The notes beneath the pieces were generated by a model. That model saw nothing but the letters and a program-made list of their open reading frames with translations. It was not told where the DNA came from and made no database searches. Of a stretch of 64,000 nt of DNA, positions 37,950 to 50,977 are shown piece by piece. The stretch comes from Octopus vulgaris (lineage: Eukaryota): positions 14,818,001 to 14,882,000 of the forward strand of contig OX597816.1 of the NCBI GenBank assembly GCA_951406725.2, read 5' to 3'. The first letter of the stretch is position 1. Every line of letters begins with the position of its first letter. Both the position numbers and the translations under genes were made by a program.

Positions 37950-38735
37950 CCTTTAGCATTCAGATAACATTGTCATATGGTTTTCAATCAATCATGCATT
38001 ATCATCTCACAGCTTTGAGATTTTCATGCTGTGGGTGTATATTTTTATGACATTGTAGGGTAGGTGTGAGTGACCGGATCTGGTTGGTTTGAACATAAAC
38101 CAGGTAGGATATTTGGGTCAGATATGCTGTTTTAAATACTAACAGGCTGACCCCTTATTGTTTAAATTACTCAGTCAAATCATCATCATCATCATTTAAC
38201 GTCCGCTTTCCATGCTAGCATGGGTTGGACGATTTGACTGAGGTCTGGTGAACCAGATGGCTGCACCAGGCTCCAGTCTGATCTGGCAGTGTTTCTACAG
38301 TTGGATGCCCTTCCTAATACCAACCACTCCACGAGTGTAGTGGGTGCTTTTACATACCACAGGCACGAGGGCCAGTTAGGCGGCGCTGGCAACGGCCACA
38401 CACAAATGGTATTTTTTACTTGGCACCTGCACAGGAGCCAGTCCAGCAGCATTGGCAATGACCTTGCTCGAATGTATTTTGACGTGCCACCGGCACAAGT
38501 GCCAGTGAGGCGATGCTGGTAACAATCATGCTCGAATGGTGCTTTGTATGTGCCACCGGCACGGAAGCCAGTCACATTGTTTTGAATTATCTTGTAGCTT
38601 TGAGATTTCAGTGATATGATTGTTTGTTTTTAGACTGACATTGTATGGTAAGTGTGAGAGACCAGATCTGTCTGGTCTGAACATAATGCAGACTATTTGG
38701 GCCAAGTGCGGCCAATTTAAATACTAAAGGGTTAC
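37950..38735. mobile_element. Two P2 MITE copies, the second split by a family R tail (38180-38573)
   Basis: ctttagcattcagat.. and ..aatactaaagggtta termini. Confidence 0.65.
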
Positions 38736-38940
38736 AACATGCCCAGTGTGCCCATTTCTCTGTCTCTTATTGCCCCTATTGTTTTACCCATCAAACTATA
38801 TATTAAGCATTTGCCCAATCTTCTGTTTAAAACTGAACATCAACCACTCACAATTTCAACATTCTGAAGAAATTTCCAAAGGTCATGGACAATATTATAC
38901 CATGTCATATACACAGTTTAACAAAAGATTGTTACATTGT

Positions 38941-39348
38941 AGGCGCAGGAGTGGCTGTGTGGTAAGTAGCTTGTTTACCAACCACATGGTTCCGGGTTCA
39001 GTTCCACTGCGTGGCACCTTGGGCAAGTGTCTTCTACTATAGCCTCGGGCCGACCAAAGCCCTGTGAGTGGATTTGGTAGACGGAAACTGAAAGAAGCCC
39101 GTCGTATATATGTATATATACATGAGTGTATGTGTGTCTGTGTTTGTCCCCCTAGCATTGCTTGACAACCGATGCTGGTGTGTTTATGTCCCTGTTACTT
39201 AGCGGTTCGGCAAAAGAGACCGATAGAATAAGTACTGGGCTTACAAAAGAATAAGTCCCGGGATCGAATTGCTCGATTAAAGGCGGTGCTCCAGCATGGC
39301 CGCGGTCAAATGACTGAAACAAGTAAAAGAGTAAAAGAGAAAAAGAGT
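38941..39348 (+). mobile_element. SINE family A, full length
   Basis: Head aggcgcaggagtggctgtgtggtaag..gggttcagttcc, CORE-like gtggcaccttgggcaagtgtctt, central (TA)/(TG), tail ending (gagtaaaa)n. Many older or partial copies occur throughout the window. Confidence 0.9.
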
Positions 39349-40676
39349 ATACACATGTAATCCTTTGTATTCACAAGTCTCATCATCTTTATCATCATCA
39401 TCATTTTAAAGTTCACTTTTCTATGCTTGTAAGAGTTGGACGGTTTATTGGGGCAGATTTTATTCTCTCTGGCTAGAGGCCCTTTCTGTCACCAACCTTC
39501 ACCTATTTTCAAGCAAGGCCAGACATGTTTTTGCTAAATATAGAATGATGTCGCTTGTATAACAGTGGCACTCATTTACAACAAACAACAATCATATAAT
39601 GACAAGAAAAGACGACACAAACATATACCTCCACCCAGTATACACACACACACACACATATATATATAGCATACAGAGTATATAATGAAGACATCATAAA
39701 GAAGAATGGAGAATTATATATCTACAAAACTTGTTTATTACTCTCATTAAATTCACATTAGATTCCAATCTAATGATGGGCTTCTTTCAGTTTCCACCTA
39801 CCAAATCCACTCACACAGCTTTGGTCAGCCCATACCTACAGCAGAATGCACTTGCCCCCAAGGTGCCATGCAAAGAGAATGAACCCAAATTCATGTGATT
39901 CATAAGCAAACTTCTGAACCATACAACCACACATGTATCCAATCAACTTATTTTTCAGCCTCACATTCAATGATATTTTATAAACCTCTTTGTATGACAC
40001 CAAAACAACCCTGGTGTTGCTTGCATTGGTTGTTGACCTTATTAAAAGCATGCTTAAGATGTTTTGCATCCACCACTACCAGAACAAAAAAAAAAGGGAA
40101 AAAGTAAGAGATAAGGATGAGCTTGGTGGTCCAAAAGAGATAAGAGGTTTATTTTTATTATGAGTTGATACTGAAGCTATACTAAAGATTTGGCTGATGC
40201 CATATTTGCAACGACTGGAGGACATGTGCTTTAACGAAATTTGGGAGATGATAATGAATAAATGTGGGAGGTACGATATATGTCTTCTTAATTCTACTAA
40301 ATTTTATTTTACTTTTAAATAATCTAAGACTACACTTAACTGTATCATCATCATCATCATTTAACGTCCACTTTCCATGCTAGCATAGGTTAGACAGTCG
40401 GAGTGAGGACTAGCAAGCCAGAAGGCTGCACCAGGCTCCGGTCTGATCTGGCAGTGTTTCAACAGCTTGATGCCCTTCCTAATGCCAACCACTCCATGAG
40501 TGTAGTGAGTTCTTTTTACGTGCCGAGGCTGGCAACGGCCATGATTGGTTGGTGCTTTTTACGTGCCACCAGCACGGAAGCCAGTCAAGGCAGCACTGGC
40601 ATCGGCCACATTCAGATGAATCCAGAACTGTGTGGTTGGTAAGCAAGCTACTCACTACACCCCCACTCCTATGCCG

Positions 40677-40727
<51 letters not shown>

Positions 40728-40729
40728 TT

Positions 40730-41120
40730 AAATATAATAAGGGTGAAAATTGAATATTAATTTGATTAATATCAATTAAAAACCAGTGGTCTAGCATATT
40801 GAAAAATCTGAAGATTCAGAAAAATTACATTACATATATATAAGTGGGATGACCACTAAGTGGACATCCATTATGCTAGAAGTAGATCCCCTATGGTCTT
40901 ACCACTAAGAAAGGATTGTTCTCAAGAAAATTTAGCAAACGCCAGCAAGACAAATGAAAACGCCAGCAAGACAAATGAAAACGCCAGCAAGACAAATGAA
41001 AAGATACAAAAGATACTAAATTTTCTTGAGAACAATCCTTTCTTAATGGTAAGACCATAGTGGGTCTACTTCTAGCATAATGGATGTCCACCTAGTGGTC
41101 ATCCCCCTTACATATATATA
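40730..41120. mobile_element. Inverted-repeat element, arms of about 100 bp enclosing a 3 x 21-bp tandem repeat
   Basis: Arms 40832-40935 and 41016-41120; spacer (aaacgccagcaagacaaatga)x3. Confidence 0.8.
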
Positions 41121-41434
41121 TAAAGGCTATTTAGTCTTTGAAAATATCTATAATTCTTTGTACATATACGTCTTTCATTGTTATCTTTATTGTCGTTTAG
41201 CTATAGCTGGACAAATGATTCAAGCCTCCAAGCAATCAGGTAATGATGAATGTAAAGGTGAAAACATTGATTTCTTAGCATAAAATATTCAAAGAAAAAT
41301 AACAGAAAAGAACCCAAAAGTAAACACACATAAATAATAGCCAATGTCTTATGACATCAATATATAAAGGTAGGTGGGGGGGGGGGCAAAGAGGCAAATG
41401 TTTTGAAATGGTATTTGTAGCAATAACACTATCA

Positions 41435-42020
41435 TAATGATGATGACGATGGGGATGATGATGACAATGGTGATGATGGTGGTGGTGATGGTGATTATTG
41501 GTGACGGAGATGATGATGACGATGGTGGTGGTGGTGGTGATGGTGGAGGTGATGGTGATTATTGGTGATGGAGATGATGATAGTGGTGGTGGTGGTAGTT
41601 GTGGTGGTGGTGATTATTGGTGACGGAGATGATGATGATGATGGCAATGGTGATGATAGTGATGATGGTGGTGGTGATAGTGATGATGGTGGTGGTGGTG
41701 ATGGTGATTATTGATGATGGAGATGATGATAATAGTGGTGGTGGTCATGATGGTGGTGGTGGTGGTGGTGGTGGTAGTTGTGGTGGTGGTGGTGGTAGTT
41801 GTGGTGGTGGTGATGATGATGGCAGTGATGATGATGGTCATGGTGATTATTGGTGATGGAGATGATGATAGTGGTGGTGGTGGTAGTGGTGATGATAATG
41901 GCAATGGTGATGATAGTGATGGTGGTGGAGGTGATGGTGGTGATAATGATGGTGGTGGTGATGATGATGGTGATGGTGGTGGTGGTGATGGTGATGGTGG
42001 TGATGATGTAAATGATGGGG
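41435..42020. repeat. (GAT)/(GGT) compound microsatellite
   Basis: Directly visible. Confidence 0.95.
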
Positions 42021-42894
42021 AGGATCACTATCACCGCCCTCTCCGCCACATCTCACCTCATCCTCACAGTCACCGTCATCAGACGTTACGTTCTCTGAAA
42101 GCTTTTTTCCATTGGAAGGCAAAACTTTCCCATCACCACGATAGATAACTTATTTTTGTCAAATCCAAATGCACGATGTTAGAAGCAACCTCTAAAGACT
42201 GCACCTAACTCTACTGATCAATAACTATTACAGTTAATATTGGTTGATAGTGTTTTAGTTTAATGACCCAGTTTTGGAGTAACAACCAGGTGTAATGGCC
42301 TCGCTTATTGAACAATAAGCTGTATGGAATATACAGACGCTACAATCTCACCTTTTCGCGTTCCATTTCCTCGTAGCTCAGAGGGGCTTTTAACAACCAA
42401 AATATTAATTGCGGATTTTGGCAGAAGGCCACAAATTTATAGCGGGAGGGATGGATGGAAGGGGTGTAGACGTGTGCACAGATCTTCAGTTCATTACCCA
42501 ATGTTTGTTTTAATGAGAGCACCACCACCACCACCACCAACGCCACCAACGCCACCACCAAAGCCACCTCTGCACCCAACCCAGTAAGACGTCAGGAAGA
42601 AGTCAGCTCTGATGGAATTTGAACTGACTGACTTTGTGACTTAAAAAAAAACACTGGAAGCCAGCCATTCCTTCCAGTACTAAGTCAATCTACCAACAAC
42701 CTACTTGTTTCCAGTCATTAGACTGTGGCCATGCTAGGGCATCGCCTTGAAGCATTTTTAGTTAAATGAATTGACCTAAGTACGTATGTTTTAAAGCCTG
42801 TTACTTATTCTATCAGTCTCAGAGTTACAGGGACATAAACACACCAACACTGGTTATCAAGTGGTGACGGGGGACAAGTACAGACACAAAGAAA

Positions 42895-42937
<43 letters not shown>

Positions 42938-43509
42938 GATGGACTTCTTTCAGTTTCCTTCTACCAAATCTACAGCAGAAGACACTTGCCCAAGGTGCCA
43001 CGAAGTGGGATTGAACATGGAACCATGATGGTGGGAACCAGACTTCTTACAACCCAGTCATGCTTGCACTCATGGCCAGAAATTTTACAGAGAAGGAGAA
43101 TAACTGATTGCACCAAATTCAGAACTTGACTGGCATTCGTTTTTTTATCAACCTTGAAAGAATGGAAGCCGAAAGTTGACTCCAACATCACTAAGCTCAG
43201 AACATCAAGACCTAGAAGGAATTACATGGGGTATTTTGTTCAAAATACTAAGAACTCTGCAAACTTGTCAAATTTTAGAGAAGAGAGTTTGGTCAATGAA
43301 ATCAACCCCAGTACCTGACTGGTACCTTATTTTATAGATATTGTAACAATGGAAGGCAAAAAAAGTCCTCTGTAGGAGTTAAACTCTGAATGTAAAGAGT
43401 TTCATCAAACACCAATTTCGTGTGATTTTCAGATGCATCAATGGCTGCATCCCCATGTTCCTACAGCATTGTGCGATCTCAATTTTGTATGGGTGTGACA
43501 GAGTATAGA

Positions 43510-43874
43510 TTTTTCCTGTTGCCATTCATCTTTCTGGGGTTGATAAATTAAGCACCAGTCAACCATTGGAGCTAATTAAACTCACACCCCACCCCACCCC
43601 CACTTCAAAATTTCAGATTTTTTGCCAAAATTAAAAAAGATTATTCTTATCATTATTATCATCAAGGCAGCGAGTTGGCAGAATTGTTAGCACACTAGGC
43701 AAAATGCTTAGCGGCATTTCATGTCTTTATGTTTTGGGTTCAAATTCCACCAAGGTCAACCTTGCCGTTCATCCTTTCAGGGTCGATAAAATAAGTACCA
43801 GTTGAACACTGGGGTTGATGCAATAGACTCATCCCCTTCCCCAAAACTGCTGCCCTTGTGGCAAAATTTGTGAC

Positions 43875-43947
<73 letters not shown>

Positions 43948-44232
43948 CATTATTATTATTATTATTCAGGTGAAAAGCTGGCAGAATTGTTAGCATGTCA
44001 GGCAAAATGCTTAGTGGCTTTTGTCCATCTTTATGTTCTGTGTTCAGATTCCACAAAGGTTGACCTTTCCTTCCGTCCTTTCAAGGTCAATAAATTAACT
44101 ACCAGTGAAACACTAGAGAAGAAGTAATCAACTAATCCCCTACCACCAAATTTCTTGCCTTGTGCTTATAGCAGAAACAATTATTATTATTATTACTATT
44201 ATTATTATTATTACTATTACTATTATTATTAT

Positions 44233-44265
<33 letters not shown>

Positions 44266-44690
44266 CATCATTATTATTAAGGTGGAAAACAGGCAGAATC
44301 GTTAGCATGCTGGGTGAAATGCTTAGTGGTATTTCATCCGTCTTTCCATTCTGAGTTCAAATTCTACCAAGGTCGACTTTGCCTTTCATCCTTTCTGGGT
44401 CGATAAAATAAGTACCAGTTGAGCACTGGGGTCAATGTAATCACCTCATCCCCACCTCTAAAATCGACTAGTACCCTCCTCCAAAATTTCAAGCCTTGTG
44501 CCTTTAGTAGAAAGATTATCATTATTAATATTATTATTATTATTATTATTATTATTATCATCATTATTATTATCATGCTGTTTTTATAATGATGATAAGA
44601 AGACGAAAATAATGAGGAAATAACAAACAGTAATATTATTATAATTATTATGATTGTTATTATTATTATTATTATTATTATTGCCACAAT
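43510..44690 (+). mobile_element. Cluster of 3-4 same-orientation SINE B monomers separated by (TAT)n tracts
   Basis: Heads at about 43664, 43967 and 44279, each followed by (ATT)n. Confidence 0.8.
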
Positions 44691-44990
44691 CACTATCACC
44701 ATGCTAGTGGTAGTCATAGAGTGGACTGAATACCAAAGCAAAGATAGAGTATCCTCATCATGTGATATATTTATATTTAGCTGCAAGAGTTGTGTTGTGC
44801 CCCTTCGCGAGACATTTATCTCTATTTGTTTAAGACTTCTTCAAGATAATCGCTACAATTGCTATAATGTTTGGTTAAATATCTTGCAGGATTTAATTAC
44901 TGTATTTCTATGCAAAGAATTCCATAGGCACCATCAGGGTCAAAACTGTGCTCAAGAGATAAAATATACTTTTGTTTTTTTTTTAAATAT

Positions 44991-45358
44991 GAGAAGCAGA
45001 ATGGCTGTGTGGTAAGTAGCTTGATTACCAACCACATAGCTCCGGGTTCAGTCCCACTGCGTGGCACCTTCTACTATAGCCTCAGACCGACCAAAGTCTT
45101 GTGAGTGGATTTGGTAGACAGAAACTGAAAGAAGCCCGTTGTGTGTGTGTGTGTGTGTCTGTGCTTGCCCCCACCATCGCTTGACAACCGATGCTAATGT
45201 GTTTACACCCGTGTAACTTAGCTGTTCGACAAAAGAAACTGATAGAATAAGTACTAGGCTTCTAAAGAATAAGTCCTGGGGTCGATTTGTTTGACTAAAA
45301 GCAGTGCTCCAGCATGGCTGCAGTCAAATGACTGAAACAAATAAAAGAGTAAAAGAGA
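44991..45358 (+). mobile_element. SINE family A, near full length
   Basis: Matches 38941-39348. Confidence 0.88.
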
Positions 45359-45434
45359 GGTGTTGCTGGGTTACTTTTTATTTGAAGTTTTATTACACTG
45401 GAGTAAATACAGTAGGGGCTTTACTACACCAGAC

Positions 45435-45665
45435 AAAATTCAAATCCAGCAGAGGACGTTTTCTATTATTTTAACCCCCTCGTTCGAGGTAGCAGCTGCA
45501 GGCTGAAGGATACCCCATGGCAGATTCTGCACCAGAAGACTGGATGCAATTATGGAAGATCTCCAGAGGCTCAACATCATCTTGGATGATGCAGAGGGGC
45601 TGGCATGGGACCACCAGCAAAGAGGGGCACAGGTAGACCTGGTTGGTTCTATGCATGATGATGCC
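45435..45665 (+). mobile_element. RTE LINE ORF-terminal fragment
   Basis: PHGRFCTRRLDAIMEDLQRLNIILDDAEGLAWDHQQ, resembling RPRGRPxxRWxD..DL..A.DR..W. Confidence 0.6.
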
Positions 45666-45997
45666 TGTGGGACCACGAATATAGGATGAACCCACCCCTG
45701 TCAAACAAAAGCACGAGTGAGTAAGACCTGGACCCCAGTGTCTAACTTTACCCTCCACCTGGACTCTTGAACATAAAAATAAATAGTTGCACCTACAGCT
45801 CAAGAGAAACAATCGCAGACAAACTAATAGAGAGTATTAGAAGAAAAGAAATCAGGAGAACAACAGTAACAGGCCTATTTCTCAACTGCTATATTTGATC
45901 CCCCAAATTGCTATTTTCCTCATCAATTTCACCTGCTTGATTGTTCAAATTACTCTCATTGTCTGCATATATATCCTATTGTATGTATATATATATA

Positions 45998-46384
45998 TCT
46001 TTATATATAAAAGTGAGGTTGTGTGCTGTCTGTCTCCTATGATTTAGATTCCTAACTACTCCCACATTTTGCAGTGCAGTGTAACCAAAACCGGGTATCT
46101 TATAGTCGTGATTCATATCGAGCCCTTCTGGGTATTAGCACGCATCTATGATGAGTCTACGATTTAAAAAAAATTTACCATCATTTTTTCCCATTTTTAA
46201 TGCAATTTTTTGCAATTATATAAAGGAAGTAACTCTCTAAAAATGTATTATTAAATCTCAGAACGTAAAAAGCTACAGTAACACTGCCCTCCTTTGTGGT
46301 TATCCATATTGAGATTACATCTCTAAAAATGCTTATATAGTTATTTCCCTTACAAACCCGAGCAACGCCGGGTGATACTGCTAG
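45998..46384 (+). mobile_element. Non-autonomous Helitron
   Basis: A|TC start; ends aaacccgagcaacgccgggtgatactgCTAG|T. Confidence 0.78.
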
Positions 46385-47315
46385 TCTTTATATATATATG
46401 GTAGTATGTGTGTTCTCAGTTTTGACATCACATGATAGTTGTAAATGAGTTTCATCATCATACATGTGATATTGTTCATTTATAATGGTCTGTGAAAGCA
46501 TACCTGGTCATGCAGCAATATAAGCTTGCTTGGAAACGGAAGGTTGGTGACAGGAAGAGCATCCAACCATAGAAAATCTGTCTCCGATGAATTCCATGTC
46601 GTCTGACTCATGCAAGCATGGAAAAGTAGATGTTAAAATGACAATAATGATGATGGTGGTGGCAGTGGAGATGGCAAACACTTCATGATGTTCAATCCTT
46701 AAGACATTATGAATATAAAACCCAACTGAGTTCAGGTCATCAATACAAAAGCCTGTTTATGTCCTTAGGAAAGAATGACTTAGTGATATTTGCTAATTTG
46801 TACTCAAATTCTGATACTTATCACAATTTTCTTCTCAGGTAGCAGTGTCCTCCCACAGTCATTGTAACATAATGACTAGATTTAGTAGCAGCTGTTCAAT
46901 AAATCAAATGCACTAATCTACATTTGCAAAATTCAAATAGAGCTGAACATCGCAAAAACAACAAAAAATTTAGCCATGGGATTATTATAAGCCACAAACT
47001 GTGAAATCCCAGCATGGCTGGTAGAACAGCAGAACAGTTGTATGCCTATTTAATTGACAGAGATAACTGTATTGCTGTCAACAATACATTTTCAAAACCT
47101 GGCAACAACTCAGAGTACCCCTGCCCCACACCTAGGAACTTTTCTGGAGCAGGGTTCATTACTGTTTGTAACATTTCTCTAAGAAGTTTGCTTCCCAATC
47201 ACATGGTTTTGGGTTCAGTCTCTTTGCACAGCATCTTGGGGCAAATGTCTTTTACTTCTAAATGGATTTAGCATATGGAAACTAAAAGAAGCCCATCATA
47301 TTATATATATATGTA

Positions 47316-47664
47316 TAGGGTGCGATGGGTAAATTGTTGACATTTTATATTTTTAATTTCATTCAGGCGAATTGCTTGATTTTGATTTTGTCGACTACAC
47401 AGTATAGTAGGGTCAGTTGGGCACCGTCTGTGAGAAAAACAACACCATGATGCAATTCACTCTGCCAGAAATTTGGAAATGACATGCTGCACTGCTTGGC
47501 ATTTGTGCCAGAAGCACCAATACAAACATTTCAGAGTGTTTGGCTGTCAATCTGAGGACAGTGCAGAGGATTTGGAAAGAGCTGGATGAGTCTAATGGTG
47601 ATTACAAATGTATGGCAGCTCAGAAAATTCATTCTGATCATTCTGATAAGAAAAGAACACCTGA
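47316..47664 (+). mobile_element. Tc1/mariner-superfamily transposon 5' fragment
   Basis: TA|(t)agggtgcg terminus and HTH-like NTNISECLAVNLRTVQRIWKELDE..DKKRTP with an in-frame stop. Confidence 0.65.
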
Positions 47665-47999
47665 TACCAAGAAGAAGCACAGGAAGGAATATAGATGTTG
47701 CACGGACAGTAGTCCAACCAAGAAAGAAAGGTCAGGCCTGGTCGAACACCGGTCATGTGGGGAGAGAAGAGAGAAAGGTAGAGGTAGAGGGAATTAAGGT
47801 AGAGAAGAATTAAGGAGAGGTGAGAAAAAAAATGAAAGGGACACAGTGAAGTGAAAGAGGGAAAGTGAGCATGAAGAGAAGGCCAGGAAATGTGGGAGTA
47901 GGACGGAAAATCGAGTACAGGAATCTGAGTGCATGCACTAGTTTATATAGGGTGGGCGTAAACATAAATATATATATACATACATCACACACACATAGC

Positions 48000-48132
48000 A
48001 GCATCCTCGTTACACTAAAAAAGCCATTGCGAAGAACACTTACTGAAATGATTCATGATTGTTATCATGTGATACCCTTATATGACTTTTAAGCCCTCCA
48101 ACTGAGAGGCACACCCTTCCACATTTTACATA
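48000..48132 (-). pseudogene. Second C2H2-finger remnant at a probable LINE 3' end
   Basis: KCGRVCLSVGGLKSHIRVSH. Confidence 0.5.
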
Positions 48133-48186
48133 TACATTCACACACAAATACATACGTATGTACATACATACATACATATATATACG

Positions 48187-48425
48187 TGGAGGCGCATGGC
48201 TTAGTGGTAAGGGTGTCAACACCATGATCGTAAGATTGTGGTTTTGATTCCTGGACCGGGCGACGCGTTGTGTTCTTGAGCAAAACACTTCATTTCACGT
48301 TGCTCCAGTCCACTCAGCAGGCAAAAATGAGCAACGCTGCGATGGACTGGCGTCCCGTCCAGCTGGGGAACACATATGCCATTGAAACTGGGCCCACGAG
48401 CCTGGCTAGGCTTTAAAAGGGCACA
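48187..48425 (+). mobile_element. SINE family C, full length (related copies at 30225-30552, 55686-55965, 62613-62848)
   Basis: ggaggcgcatggcttagtggtaaggg..gtgttcttgagcaaaacactt..ctgcgatggactggcgtcccgtccag. Confidence 0.85.
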
Positions 48426-48432
48426 TTTATTA

Positions 48433-48472
<40 letters not shown>

Positions 48473-48739
48473 CTGGTGCATTTATTGAACCGTCCAACCC
48501 ATGCTAGCATGGAAAGCGGATAAATGATGATGATGATGATGATATATACGATGGGCTTCTTTCAGTTTTCATCTTCCAAATCCACTCACAAGGCTTTGGT
48601 CGGTCCGAGGCTGTAGTAGAAGACACTTGCCCAAGGTGCCATGCAATGGGACTGAACCCGGAACCATGTCGTTGGTAATCAAGCTTTATACCACACAGCC
48701 ATGTCTGCTCCTAATAGCCGTAGCTATTAAAACAGTCAT

Positions 48740-48900
48740 CCTCATTTTCTGTCAATGATATCAACTTTTCAAAGGCTGTCATTGGTGTCGATCATATCAG
48801 GAATCTTCAGAAAGACTTTAATGCCATATACACAAGTGAGCCGATAAAAGAATCTGAAAATTTAATGCTGAAAATGTTTCAATAATGTTCTTATCGGTCA
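48740..48900 (+). mobile_element. Old CR1/L2/Jockey-group RT fragment
   Basis: SVNDINFSKAVIGVDHIRNLQKDFNAIY..FNAE resembles FADDTK..D..LQxDL..I..W....FN..K. Confidence 0.5.
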
Positions 48901-49001
48901 TCTCAGATATTGCTATCTACGTAGACAAGAATGAAAGAGATAGAAATCTCAGAATAAGAACCTGTGCCAGATTCAGGAATTAATTTCATACACGGAGAAG
49001 T

Positions 49002-49400
49002 AGGTTCAGGAATGGCAGTTTGGTTAAGATGCTTGTTTCTCAACCATGCTGTCTCGGGTTCAATTCCAATGCAGGGCAATCTTGGATAAGTATCTTCTAC
49101 TATAAGTCTTGTGAGTGGATCTAGTGAGAGAAACTGAAAGAAGCCCATTGTTTGTATATGTGTGTGTGTGTTTATCTAGACATTATATGATGGTTGTGAA
49201 TGAGCATCTTTGTCATACAAGTGAGGCTGTTCATTTCCAGTCTTCCATGGAAAACAAAACATGTCTAGTTATGGGGATGTATTACCTTGCTTGGAAACAG
49301 GCGAGGGTTGGCAACAGGAAGGGCATCTACTTGTAAACAAAAAAAAGAAATCCACCTCAATGAATTCCATCTAACCCAAACACGGAAAAGTGGATATTAG
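49002..49400 (+). mobile_element. Old SINE with family A head and RTE-like tail
   Basis: A head followed by ..ggttggcaacaggaagggcatc..ggaaaagtggatatta and (GAT)n. Confidence 0.7.
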
Positions 49401-49915
49401 ATGATGATGATCATCATCACAATGATGATGATGAAAATGAAGATGAATATGATGATGATGATGATGATGATGAAAATGAAGATGAAGATGAATATGATGA
49501 TGAGGAGGATGATGATGATGATGATGATGATGAAGATGATGAAGATAATGAGGAAAATGAAGATGAAGACAAATATGATTATGAAGATGATGATGAAAAT
49601 GAAGATGAAGATGAATATGATGATGATGAAGAAGTTGAAGAAGAAAAAGATGATGATGATGATGATGAAAATGAAGATGATGAAGAAAATAAAAATGATG
49701 AAAATGAAGATGAAGACGAAGATGATGATGACGATGATGATGATGAAAATGAAGATGATGATGAAGGAGAAGTTGAAGAAGAAAAAGATGATGATGATGA
49801 AAATAAAGTTGATGATGATGATGAAGGAGAAGTTGAAGAAGAATAAAAAGATGATGATGATATGATGAAAAAGATGATGATGAAAATGATGAAGAAAATG
49901 ATGATGATAATGATG
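49400..49915. repeat. (GAT)/(GAA) compound microsatellite expanded from a SINE tail
   Basis: Begins exactly at the element's (GAT)n tail and contains higher-order duplications. Confidence 0.93.
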
Positions 49916-50154
49916 TGTTACTAAATTTCTAACAACGTGCAAAAGACCGGCAGGATGGATCCTAAAAATATTTAGAACAAGAAATTCAGTCAGTTCTGAT
50001 TTTACTTAGGAGAAAATCCTATAAACTGCCGGGTAATAATAATAATCTCTTGACTTACAGCTTGCGCTGATGATTACACACTCGTGGCAAAGTATATACT
50101 AGCAAACACTAAGTATATTATAAGTTGTTCTACTTTTACAGCCAAAATTCGTAC

Positions 50155-50263
50155 CTTCCCTCTGAACTATCAAATGCTGCTGCTGTAATACAATAGTGAA
50201 CTGTCTAGAATTGCACCGGTTAAGTGCTGATGCAATCAATACAACATCGTACACCATCAGCAG
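50155..50263 (-). other. Candidate 109-nt minus-strand exon (LLMVYDVVLIASALNRCNSRQFTIVLQQQHLIVQRE, or UTR)
   Basis: Long polypyrimidine tract then tag|C; donor AAG|gtacga; one open frame; unique-sequence island. An alternative gtaagt donor lies near 50058. Confidence 0.35.
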
Positions 50264-50977
50264 CTAAAAAAAAAAAAGAAAGAAAGAAAGAAAGAAAGAC
50301 AATAACCATCCATTGCCTTCCTCACCATCACCAAATTTTGAGGTCTGTCATAAACAACTTTGCTACTACCCATCGTAATGAGCCAGCAACATATATATAT
50401 CCAGCCAGAAAGAGAGTTAGGTTTATGTTCATACTGTGCTGTATGTAAAACTATTATGTGTAATTATTACCGAGAGAAACAGCATTAAATGGCTTTAAAT
50501 ATTTTGGAAAGTAATGCCTATGGAATAGATGCAATTCAGAGTCTGAATCTATTCATGTAATTTACATGTTGTAAAGTCCTTGAGAAACATGCGCCAAAAG
50601 TCTCGTTTTTTGTTTTCTTTTTTTTCTTCTTTTTTTTTTTTGTGTTTCCTGACTTAAGTAGTTTAGTAAGTCATTCATTGATGCCACAGATTATGAAAAA
50701 GTCAGATAGAAACACAGGCGTTTATAAGTTTGATTTGAATTAATTCTGTTATAGAAATTTCAAAAAAATAACAATCTCTATTTAATAATGCTTTCAAAAA
50801 TGTTTGCCTCAAGGCCAGAAAATTTGAGGGGTGGGGTAAGCCAAAAACACAGACTGCAATGCACAATTGGTACTGATTTTTATCGGCCTTGAAAGGATAA
50901 AAAAACAAAGCTGACCTCAGCAGCATTTGAACTCAGAATATACGAATGTTTTTCTTTTGTCTGACATACTAACGATT

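Noticed and set aside
40860-41091. Two opposing ORFs with identical N-termini (MDIHYARSR..)
   Set aside because: A consequence of the inverted repeat, not evidence of genes.
42340-42579. ORF with hydrophobic N-terminus and an AAG|gtgaga donor near 42351
   Set aside because: The hydrophobic stretch is a (GGT)n repeat, the middle resembles a decayed SINE B end, and no convincing acceptor was found.
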